Positions 50,875 through 59,134 of a stretch of 64,000 nucleotides of DNA are shown piece after piece. The stretch lies in IMG/VR virus record IMGVR_UViG_3300017917_003143, positions 62,001-126,000 of that record, one strand, 5' to 3'. The notes below the pieces were generated by a model, which saw only the letters and a program-made list of their open reading frames with translations, had not been told where the DNA came from and did no database searches. How positions within the stretch are numbered: the stretch's first letter is position 1; each line of letters starts with the position of its first letter. The position numbers and the translations under genes were made by a program.

Positions 50875-51795
50875 ATGAAAGAACTCTGGACAGAAAAATA
50901 TCGCCCACGTGATCTTGACGGTTATGTGTTTCGAGACAATGAGCAACGACAACAAGTAGAAGGATGGATCAAGTCAGGCGCTATTCCTCACTTGTTGTTT
51001 TCAGGAGCACCTGGGGTTGGTAAAACTACCTTGGCCAAGATCTTGATCGCCCAATTGGGCATCGACGAGTATGATGTGTTGGAGATCAACGCCAGTCGCG
51101 AAAACTCTGTTGATACCATCAGAGACAAGATCACAGGTTTTGTGCAGACCATGCCGTTTGGCCAATTCAAAGTAGTGTTATTGGACGAGGCTGACTATAT
51201 CTCACCCAATGGTCAGGCCGCTCTTCGTGGGGTGATGGAGACCTATCATGCTTCGGCTCGTTTTATACTTACCTGCAACTATCCTAATCGCGTTATCCCT
51301 GCTCTTCATTCACGTTGTCAAGGTTTTCATATTGAGCGTGTTGATGTTACTGAGTTTACCGCTCGTATGGCAACAGTACTGGTCACGGAAGCAGTAGAGT
51401 TTGATCTTGACACACTAGACACTTATGTCAAGGCCACGTATCCAGACATGCGCAAGTGTTTGAACATGTGCCAGATGAACAGCCAAGAAGGTCGGTTGGT
51501 CGCACCACATGGTGACGAGGGCGGAGTGCGTGATTGGAAAATTGATGCTGTAAACTTGTTCAAAGCTGGCAAGATATTGGAAGCCAGGAAGTTGATCTGT
51601 AGTACCGTGCGTCCAGAAGAAATGGAAGATGTGTTCCGCTGGATGTATGATAATCTGGATCTTTGGACCAAAGACATACACAAACAAGACCAGGCCATCG
51701 TAATCATCCGCAATGGCTATGTCAACATACCCATGGTAGCTGATCAAGAAATTAACTTATCGGCCACACTGGTAGAACTGGCAGGACTACAATGA
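50875..51795 (+). CDS. Clamp loader AAA+ subunit (RFC small/gp44-like)
   Basis: WTEKYRP, GAPGVGKT, LDEAD, SRC. Confidence 0.93.
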   Translation: MKELWTEKYRPRDLDGYVFRDNEQRQQVEGWIKSGAIPHLLFSGAPGVGKTTLAKILIAQLGIDEYDVLEINASRENSVDTIRDKITGFVQTMPFGQFKVVLLDEADYISPNGQAALRGVMETYHASARFILTCNYPNRVIPALHSRCQGFHIERVDVTEFTARMATVLVTEAVEFDLDTLDTYVKATYPDMRKCLNMCQMNSQEGRLVAPHGDEGGVRDWKIDAVNLFKAGKILEARKLICSTVRPEEMEDVFRWMYDNLDLWTKDIHKQDQAIVIIRNGYVNIPMVADQEINLSATLVELAGLQ

Positions 51796-52038
51796 GATAT
51801 TTCATAGTTACATATTATACCAAACCTAATGGCAAAGTGGATGAAGCTACCACACTGGCCAACCGAGTAAGGCCGCGTGACCTACAGACGGCATCCGTTA
51901 TACTTGACTTCAAAGATTGTTCTGTGTTAAAATCAAGCATGGGCGGTGTTGTGGTTCCCAAAGACTTCCAGAAAATCGTGAGTTTTTATCATCAACATTA
52001 CCCAAACGTCATCGAACGATTATTTAAAGAAAACGGGT

Positions 52039-52656
52039 ATGAAATCAAAGTGGAAGAATCTAAACCGTCTGATCCTAGTTGATTGCGACGGTGTGCTACT
52101 CGATTGGGAGTGGGCATTCAACGTCTGGATGCAAGAACATGGATTCCAAGAAGTTCCTGGATCCAAGCTCAACTATGACATGGCCATACGCTATGACATA
52201 CCCAAAGAACAAGTACGCAAACTAATCAAACTGTTCAATGAGTCAGCGGCCATCGGCTTCTTGCCAGCTTTGCGAGACAGTGTGTATTACGTCAAACGAT
52301 TGCACGAGGAATTTGGATACAGGTTCCACTGTATCACCAGTCTCAGCATGGATCCCAATGCCCAGAAGCTGAGAGAGATGAACCTGCACAAGATCTATGG
52401 CGCTACTGCGTTCGAGCGCATAGTCTGTCTTGACACCGGGGCCCACAAAGACGAAGCCCTGGAAGAATATGAAGGCACAGGGTGCTGGTGGATCGAAGAT
52501 AAATCCGAAAATGCCCTGGCTGGCTACAAGGCTGGCCTGCGTCCGATCTTGTTAGAACATGGTCATAACATGAATTATGACCATGATCATATCATCATAT
52601 GTAAAAACTGGGCAGAAATATTCCGCCAGATTACTGGTTCCTCCTATTCTGCATAA
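52039..52656 (+). CDS. HAD-family 5'-nucleotidase-like phosphatase
   Basis: LVDCDGVLLDW, WIEDK. Confidence 0.8.
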   Translation: MKSKWKNLNRLILVDCDGVLLDWEWAFNVWMQEHGFQEVPGSKLNYDMAIRYDIPKEQVRKLIKLFNESAAIGFLPALRDSVYYVKRLHEEFGYRFHCITSLSMDPNAQKLREMNLHKIYGATAFERIVCLDTGAHKDEALEEYEGTGCWWIEDKSENALAGYKAGLRPILLEHGHNMNYDHDHIIICKNWAEIFRQITGSSYSA

Positions 52657-53375
52657 AGTCCTAACACAGTATCAATGATTGGGTGACGTTGGATATCCCG
52701 TTTTCCAAGTGTGTTGACACATAGGCCATTTGCGTTTTGCGCTTTCAGTCTCTCACAGAGATCTAGTAGGCCGTTCTCTTTCGCGGTGCGATCGGTTTGT
52801 TCAACGTCTCCCGTAACTACGATTTTTGAGCCGCTTCCAATACGACTCAAAAGCATTTTCATCTGTCCCGGAGTAGCATTTTGCATCTCGTCGGCAATGA
52901 TCCAAGCAGATTTGAAAGTACGTCCCCTCATGTAGGCCAAGGGGGAGATTTCTATGATCTGATCATCCATCATTTTGACGATGTCTCGAGGGTTGTAGTA
53001 TTCGCGTAACACATCCAACAGTGGTCTGGTCCAAGGCTCCATCTTTGAGATAAGATCTCCGGGCAGGAATCCATGACGTTCATCTTCTACACCCACCGCA
53101 GGACGGGTAAGAACTATCCTTTCACAATGACCTGTCTTGAGAGCCTTGATGGCCGCTTGCATGGCCAAATAGGTCTTGCCCGTTCCAGCAGGACCCACAG
53201 CCACCACTATGTGTTGGTTGGGATCTAACAGGTTTAATATGAGATGTTCTTGATTGCGGGTTTTTGGTACGAGCTCTATCTGTCTGAGCTGTGTTTTTAG
53301 TGCTTGATTGAAGTTGATGGTGTTTTCTTGTGTGTGAATGCGTTTTTGGGCTTTGGCCCCTCTTGCTCTACTCAA
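52644..53375 (-). CDS. phoH: PhoH-family ATPase
   Basis: GPAGTGKT, LTRP, RGRT, DEMQN, GDVEQ; TTG start after SD aaggag. Confidence 0.93.
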   Translation of the reverse strand: MSRARGAKAQKRIHTQENTINFNQALKTQLRQIELVPKTRNQEHLILNLLDPNQHIVVAVGPAGTGKTYLAMQAAIKALKTGHCERIVLTRPAVGVEDERHGFLPGDLISKMEPWTRPLLDVLREYYNPRDIVKMMDDQIIEISPLAYMRGRTFKSAWIIADEMQNATPGQMKMLLSRIGSGSKIVVTGDVEQTDRTAKENGLLDLCERLKAQNANGLCVNTLGKRDIQRHPIIDTVLGLYAE

Positions 53376-53543
53376 TGTCAATTCTCCTTTGAACATATTG
53401 TGCGCTACCTCACATAGATATTTAGGTCTCGCAATTTCATTATAACAGACGACAGAATAGTGAAATCTACGTGCTAAGTATTAGGCTCCACTGATCACAA
53501 AACATCAAAAAAACACAAACAGTCAACACGGCTAAATACTGCT

Positions 53544-54149
53544 ATGGAACTCAAAGACGAAAAACTCTTCAAGAACGACCAGGATTATTGGATGGTCGCA
53601 GACAACATCAAAGACCTGTACTTGTCCGATGGTAGTTTGACCACGCTGTTGGATTTTGAGCGTGTGCTTGATGAAATGGATATCTACGCATTTAAAAATT
53701 GGGATCTGGGCGAGCTTGTAGCAGGTCCAGACATTGGCAAGTACAAAGTGGGCTGTATATTCATGTGGCCTGCAGAACTTATGCCCGATCCACGTGGTGC
53801 CCGCAGATTGCTACCTTTTGATTGCGATGTGCGATTTAAAAAGACCAAAATCAAAGTTCCTGTAAAATTACGCACACCTGACGATTTCCGTCCAGGTACA
53901 CACAAAGCCAAGCTCACAGAAAAACCTGTGTGGTTGGTTGAAATCATCATGCCCAAGCACTTGATGAATGACATCAAGACTGGTAGCATAGAACTCGAAG
54001 ATCAGACCATAGATCTCGAAGAGCTGGATCAAGCCTATCAGGAAGATCTGGATCAAGAACAATATCAGGACGCCGGTAACGCCCAAAGCGCACAAGCTCA
54101 GTTGCAGGCACCTTCTCCAGGAGGACTGCCCGGTGCGCCAGCTATCTGA
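53544..54149 (+). CDS. Hypothetical late protein
   Basis: TAAATA-N5-ATG. Confidence 0.6.
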   Translation: MELKDEKLFKNDQDYWMVADNIKDLYLSDGSLTTLLDFERVLDEMDIYAFKNWDLGELVAGPDIGKYKVGCIFMWPAELMPDPRGARRLLPFDCDVRFKKTKIKVPVKLRTPDDFRPGTHKAKLTEKPVWLVEIIMPKHLMNDIKTGSIELEDQTIDLEELDQAYQEDLDQEQYQDAGNAQSAQAQLQAPSPGGLPGAPAI

Positions 54150-54669
54150 AGGACTTAATTACAAAGATCTCGTGGGCATGATGAAGCCCACTATCCACAT
54201 CGACGAATTTTCGTCAAAAATGGGTGACGACGACGAAATCGTTGTTGCTTCTTTCTTTGTGCGCGATCGACAGGCAGCCAAGGATCTTGTCAATTGGTTT
54301 GAAAAGGGCTATGACTTTGTGATAGATTCAGACATGAGTCCTGGTGAAATCAAGCCCAATCGCTATCTTGTGTATGTAGAAATGAAACGCAGATCTACCA
54401 CCGGCGAGCGCCTGAACGAGATCATTGAAGATTTCAGCACTCTCACGGAGTACGAAGGATCAAACTGGGTCATGCACTATCGTGGTAAAGACATTCCTTG
54501 GTCAGTAGAAGCGTTCAACAGCCAAGTGCCAACCAGCCCCAACGAATATCGTAAAAAAGTCGAAAGCGAACTCAATGAAATGCGTCATGCGTCAGGCATT
54601 CCTGTCAAGCAGATCTATGAGCGCGAATCAGACATCAAAAGTTTACAGAGCGCCGCTGGACTGCTGTAA
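54133..54669 (+). CDS. Hypothetical late protein
   Basis: ORF track; LSEG near the N-terminus. Confidence 0.6.
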   Translation: MRQLSEGLNYKDLVGMMKPTIHIDEFSSKMGDDDEIVVASFFVRDRQAAKDLVNWFEKGYDFVIDSDMSPGEIKPNRYLVYVEMKRRSTTGERLNEIIEDFSTLTEYEGSNWVMHYRGKDIPWSVEAFNSQVPTSPNEYRKKVESELNEMRHASGIPVKQIYERESDIKSLQSAAGLL

Positions 54670-54676
54670 ATAGTAG

Positions 54677-55801
54677 GTGACTGACACCTACTGCCCACTA
54701 CCATTCCGACATGTTTTTATCGAGCCCAGGGGAATCAAACCCTGTTGCTCCTACACCAAAATGTTCAACGGCTCAGTTGAACAATGGTTGTCCAGTGCTG
54801 AACTCGCAGAATTACAATCAAACATAAACAGTGGTCAAGTAGACCCAGGCTGCCGTTATTGCATCAATGGTGAAAAACAGGATGGATCCAGCACACGCCT
54901 GGGTGCTATCAGTGACTATGGCGATATTGAAAAGGTCACCGAGATCGATTATGTCGACTATCGATCCATCAATATTTGTAATTTCCGTTGTCGTTCATGC
55001 GATCCTTTTTACAGCAATGGCATAGCTCAGGAAGCTAGGCGCTATCCTGAGCTACAGAAATTCTATCCCATTCCTGAGTACAAAACAGCATCCACACAAA
55101 CACAAGACAAGCAATGGGTGCTGGCCAACATCAACAAGATAAAAAAATTGATGTTTACCGGTGGTGAACCCACACGCATACCAGAAGTCCGAGAAATAAT
55201 CGAACATGTCAGGAACACTGGAAACAGAGATATCTCTATAATGATAACCAGTAATGCCAGCTTTACTGATCCTTACTGGTTTGAAATCACCGAGAGCATG
55301 CCCAACATACATTGGACACTGAGTGTTGATTCTGTGGGCACTGCCGCAGAAATAATAAGAGATGGTACAGACTGGTCAGTGGTCAGCTACAACGTAGAAC
55401 GTATGTTTGACATCTCCCCCAGCGTGAACGTGGGCACTGTGGTCACTAATTTAAACTTGACACAGTTAGATCTATTGTTTGCTTGGGTCAATGATCTCAA
55501 AGAAAAATACGATCACCGAGCCAACGGCCGGACACAGCTGATTGAAATATGCAATTGGCCCCAGTTCCTTAGTCCCTACAACTGGCCCGAAGATCGCAGA
55601 TCAAGCATCGTCACGTTTTTAGAAACTCTTTGCGAGCAAGAGAATCTCCAGGAAAAACAAAAACACATCGCTGAAACACTGCTGTCAAATATAAAAAATT
55701 CCATCCCTGATCCCAAGCTATGGGCCGAGTTTGAATCCTACAATAAAACCCTGGATAATGTAAGAAATCAAGATCACACCCTGCTACTGGAAACACACTG
55801 A
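54677..55801 (+). CDS. Radical SAM protein with twitch-like domain
   Basis: CNFRCRSC, FTGGEP; GTG start. Confidence 0.88.
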   Translation: MTDTYCPLPFRHVFIEPRGIKPCCSYTKMFNGSVEQWLSSAELAELQSNINSGQVDPGCRYCINGEKQDGSSTRLGAISDYGDIEKVTEIDYVDYRSINICNFRCRSCDPFYSNGIAQEARRYPELQKFYPIPEYKTASTQTQDKQWVLANINKIKKLMFTGGEPTRIPEVREIIEHVRNTGNRDISIMITSNASFTDPYWFEITESMPNIHWTLSVDSVGTAAEIIRDGTDWSVVSYNVERMFDISPSVNVGTVVTNLNLTQLDLLFAWVNDLKEKYDHRANGRTQLIEICNWPQFLSPYNWPEDRRSSIVTFLETLCEQENLQEKQKHIAETLLSNIKNSIPDPKLWAEFESYNKTLDNVRNQDHTLLLETH

Positions 55802-55835
55802 TTTTTAACTAAATAACGGGCAAGGAGCAAAAATA

Positions 55836-56453
55836 ATGTCCGTTATCACTAGAGAACAATTAGCACAGTTAATTCCAGGAAATCCCTACATAGATCATTG
55901 GTGCGAAGCACTGAACGAAATATTGCCCGACTATGGCATCGACACACCACAACGTGTGGCTGCTTTCATAGCACAATGCGCACACGAGAGCGGTGGATTT
56001 AAGTTCTTAAAAGAAAACTTAAACTATCGTGCCGTGAGTCTACGCAAGACATTTCCCAAGTATTTCCCCGACGATGCCATCGCGGCAGCCTATGCCAACA
56101 AGCCTCAGATGATCGCTAACAGAGTCTATGCTAACCGCATGGGCAATGGTGACGAAGCATCAGGTGACGGATTCCGTTACTGCGGTCGTGGGTTGATACA
56201 GCTCACAGGACGTGACAACTATGCTTTCTTTGCTGGCAGTCTTGATATCCCCATCGAAGAAGCCGCCGAATACTTGGAAACCTTTGAAGGTGCTGTACAA
56301 AGTGCCTGCTGGTTCTGGGAAACAAACAACCTAAATCAGTGGGCAGACAAAGATGACATCCTTACCTTGACCAAGCGTATCAATGGTGGCACCATTGGTC
56401 TTGAGGATCGCAAAAAACACTACGAGCATGCCAAGCATGTGCTAGGCGTATAA
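55836..56453 (+). CDS. GH19-family endolysin
   Basis: AQCAHESGGF, YCGRGLIQLTGRDNY, INGGTIGL. Confidence 0.92.
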   Translation: MSVITREQLAQLIPGNPYIDHWCEALNEILPDYGIDTPQRVAAFIAQCAHESGGFKFLKENLNYRAVSLRKTFPKYFPDDAIAAAYANKPQMIANRVYANRMGNGDEASGDGFRYCGRGLIQLTGRDNYAFFAGSLDIPIEEAAEYLETFEGAVQSACWFWETNNLNQWADKDDILTLTKRINGGTIGLEDRKKHYEHAKHVLGV

Positions 56454-56457
56454 TACC

Positions 56458-57069
56458 ATGTGGCAACTACAATGGATGTTGCAGATGATACCAGACAGCA
56501 TATTTGTCTGGATCACTTATCTGTTGTTCGCTACTGGCCTTGTGCTGTATGTGGCCAGCAAGTTGGTGTCCTGGATACCACTCATGGGCCGTTATCGACT
56601 ACCAGCAGAGTTGGCAGGTGTGGCAGCTCTTGTCGTCGCCGCGTATTTTTATGGTGGTATAGGCTACAGAGAAATGATAGCCGAAATGAAAGAAAAGGTT
56701 CGAATCGCCGAAGAGAAATCACAGCAAGTGAACACCGTGATCGAAACTAAAATAGTTGAAAAGATAAAGGTGGTCAAAGAAAATGTTTACATCAACAGAG
56801 AAATCGTCAAAGAAGTGGCGGGCAAGCAACTGGATGCTCAGTGCTCTCTGCCTAAGTCTACTATCAGCTTGCACGACAGTGCCAGTCGCAATGAAGTTCC
56901 CGAGCGTTCCGCCGCAACTGATGGAACCCCCTCGGGATTTGAAGCCAGTAGGCTCCTCGACCGAGTCATTGAAAACTACGGAGCCTGTCACGAGAACGCA
57001 GAAAAACTAAAAGCCTGGCAAGAGTGGTACCGGGCACAAAAGAAGATCCACGAAGAGATCTCAAAATGA
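56458..57069 (+). CDS. i-spanin (Rz-like)
   Basis: N-terminal TM segments followed by a coiled periplasmic domain; position in the lysis cassette. Confidence 0.7.
   Translation: MWQLQWMLQMIPDSIFVWITYLLFATGLVLYVASKLVSWIPLMGRYRLPAELAGVAALVVAAYFYGGIGYREMIAEMKEKVRIAEEKSQQVNTVIETKIVEKIKVVKENVYINREIVKEVAGKQLDAQCSLPKSTISLHDSASRNEVPERSAATDGTPSGFEASRLLDRVIENYGACHENAEKLKAWQEWYRAQKKIHEEISK
56783..57010 (+). CDS. o-spanin (Rz1-like) lipoprotein embedded in the +1 frame
   Basis: Lipobox LSAC followed by Pro-rich TTVPVAMKFPSVPPQLMEPP; fully inside the i-spanin gene. Confidence 0.75.
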   Translation: MFTSTEKSSKKWRASNWMLSALCLSLLSACTTVPVAMKFPSVPPQLMEPPRDLKPVGSSTESLKTTEPVTRTQKN

Positions 57070-57088
57070 TTATTAAAGGAGCAAGGCA

Positions 57089-57595
57089 ATGCCAACAGCA
57101 GAAGAATACGCTAAGATGAGTGATAGCGAAAAGAAAAAAGAAGATTGGATGAATTCAAAATGGCGTCCAATGATGGGCTGGATGTACATGGTAGTGTGTA
57201 CAGCAGACTTTGTAGTGTTTCCAGTGCTCTGGGGATTGCTACAGACTATCGGTGGCGGTCGTGTAGAAACACAGTGGATGCCTATAACACTACAAGGCGC
57301 TGGATTATTCCACATCGCCATGGGTGCTATACTGGGTATCGCCGCATACGGTCGTACACAAGAAAAACTTGGCGGTGCCAACAATGGTGGGTTAAACTTG
57401 CCTGCACCAGCCCCAAGTACCCCAGCGCCAAGTTTTGGAGCACCGGCTGTCAGCGCACCAGCCCCCAGCTTTGGAGCTCCAGCAGGAGCACCAGCACCTG
57501 CATTTAAACCAGCACCTAGCTTTGGTGCTGCCGCTCCAGCGATGAGTAGCACAGGCAAACCCATGCCAATGCAACCGGATCATCCAGAAATTTAA
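57089..57595 (+). CDS. Holin (3TM/GTA-holin-like)
   Basis: WMNSKWRPMMGW, TM segments, YGRTQEK; Pro/Ala-rich tail. Confidence 0.75.
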   Translation: MPTAEEYAKMSDSEKKKEDWMNSKWRPMMGWMYMVVCTADFVVFPVLWGLLQTIGGGRVETQWMPITLQGAGLFHIAMGAILGIAAYGRTQEKLGGANNGGLNLPAPAPSTPAPSFGAPAVSAPAPSFGAPAGAPAPAFKPAPSFGAAAPAMSSTGKPMPMQPDHPEI

Positions 57596-57608
57596 AAAGG
57601 AAAACATC

Positions 57609-57827
57609 ATGAAACATATCATATTCGCGGCAGGTTTGGCATTGGCAGTAGCATATCCTGCCCAGGCAGCCGAAGAAAAGAAACCAGAAACCAAAAAAGT
57701 CTGTGTTGACGTCAAAGACAAAGAAGGTAAGCCTGTGAAAAACAAAGACGGTTCACCCAAACAGAACTGTAAAGAAGTAAAACAACACAAAAAACACGAA
57801 GGCACCAAGGTTCCTGACAAAAAGTAA
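57609..57827 (+). CDS. Small secreted Lys-rich protein
   Basis: Signal peptide; C..C pair. Confidence 0.6.
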   Translation: MKHIIFAAGLALAVAYPAQAAEEKKPETKKVCVDVKDKEGKPVKNKDGSPKQNCKEVKQHKKHEGTKVPDKK

Positions 57828-57843
57828 TCTTGCTTTTACCCAG

Positions 57844-57879
57844 AAAAGGCAGTATAATTAAAAGTATACTGCCTTTTTC
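57844..57879 (+). terminator. Terminator with nested promoter -10
   Basis: 13-bp perfect stem aaaaggcagtata/tatactgcctttt. Confidence 0.8.
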
Positions 57880-57885
57880 TTTGAC

Positions 57886-58680
57886 ATGACAGATTATTAC
57901 CAAACGCTGGGAGTACAGCGCAACGCCACTGATGATGAAATAAAACGAGCATACCGTAAAGCGGCTATGAAGCATCATCCTGACCGTGGTGGTGATCAAG
58001 TCAAGTTCCAGGAGATACAGGAAGCCTATGCTACCTTGGGCGATCCACAAAAACGCCAGCAGTATGACAATCCTCACCCACATGTCCGTATCAATGTCAA
58101 TGGTAATCCATTCCATGGTGGTGCTCCATTTGATTTTGACAGTATATTTGAAATGTTTGGTGCTCGCATGCATCCAAGGCAACAGCAACAGCGCAATCAG
58201 CGCATCAGCATATGGATAACATTGGAAGCGGCGGTGTCAGGTGGTCCTAGGATGATCAGCATCGGGACTCCGCAAGGCAATTCGACCATGGAGATAAACA
58301 TTCCACCGGGCATCAGTGACAACGAAAATGTGCGCTATCCTGGCTTGGCACCAGGAGGACATGATCTCATAATCAACTATCGTGTGCATCCACATCCTGA
58401 ATGGCAACGCAATGGTCTGGATCTTTACTGCGAGCGTACACTGGATTTCTGGCAATTGATCCTGGGCACCACGTTAAAGTTGACCGACTTGCAGGGAAGA
58501 GAATTAGCTCTCACCATTCCACCTCGCTGTCGCCCAGGTACCATCATGCGAGCCCGAGGGCGTGGTGTGGTCAGAGAAGGACACAATCCAGGGGATTTGT
58601 TGATAAAAATACAGGCGTCCATGCCCGAAGATATATCTCAAGAAGTCATTGATATCTTGCAAAAACAGGTCAATAAATAA
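57886..58680 (+). CDS. DnaJ/CbpA-type co-chaperone
   Basis: J domain with HPD; C-terminal domain; no Zn finger. Confidence 0.92.
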   Translation: MTDYYQTLGVQRNATDDEIKRAYRKAAMKHHPDRGGDQVKFQEIQEAYATLGDPQKRQQYDNPHPHVRINVNGNPFHGGAPFDFDSIFEMFGARMHPRQQQQRNQRISIWITLEAAVSGGPRMISIGTPQGNSTMEINIPPGISDNENVRYPGLAPGGHDLIINYRVHPHPEWQRNGLDLYCERTLDFWQLILGTTLKLTDLQGRELALTIPPRCRPGTIMRARGRGVVREGHNPGDLLIKIQASMPEDISQEVIDILQKQVNK

Positions 58681-58684
58681 TTTT

Positions 58685-59134
58685 ATGAAACTCACCAACA
58701 AAGTGCTATACCGGCCAGCCAAACCGTTTACAGAGTTTGATCGCCCCACACAAAACCTATTCCTGGCTGACCAAATGTTTTCGTTTATGAGAAAGAACGA
58801 TGGTATTGGCCTGGCCGCACCACAGGTAGGAATGAGTAAAAGACTGTTTGTCATGGAGATCGCCGCGGTAAAAAGGATCTGTTTCAATCCTGAAGTCATT
58901 GGACACAGCGACGATTTAACCGAATACCCCGAAGGATGCTTGAGTTTTCCTGGAGAAGAGTGTAAAATAAAGAGACCCAGTGCCGTGACTGTGCGTTATC
59001 AAACCGTCGACGGTACATGGGTAGAAGAAAAACTTGATGGTCTGGCAGCTCGTTGTTTCCAACACGAATTAGATCATCTAGATGGAATAATCATGCACGA
59101 TAGAGCAAAGGAACAGAATGCAACAAAATCCTGA
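58685..59134 (+). CDS. def: Peptide deformylase
   Basis: GIGLAAPQVG, EGCLS, QHELDHLDG. Confidence 0.95.
   Translation: MKLTNKVLYRPAKPFTEFDRPTQNLFLADQMFSFMRKNDGIGLAAPQVGMSKRLFVMEIAAVKRICFNPEVIGHSDDLTEYPEGCLSFPGEECKIKRPSAVTVRYQTVDGTWVEEKLDGLAARCFQHELDHLDGIIMHDRAKEQNATKS

Noticed and set aside
57400-57560. Short GCACC/CCAGC repeats in the holin gene
   Set aside because: They encode a low-complexity Pro/Ala tail (APSFGAPA); no evidence of a DNA-level function
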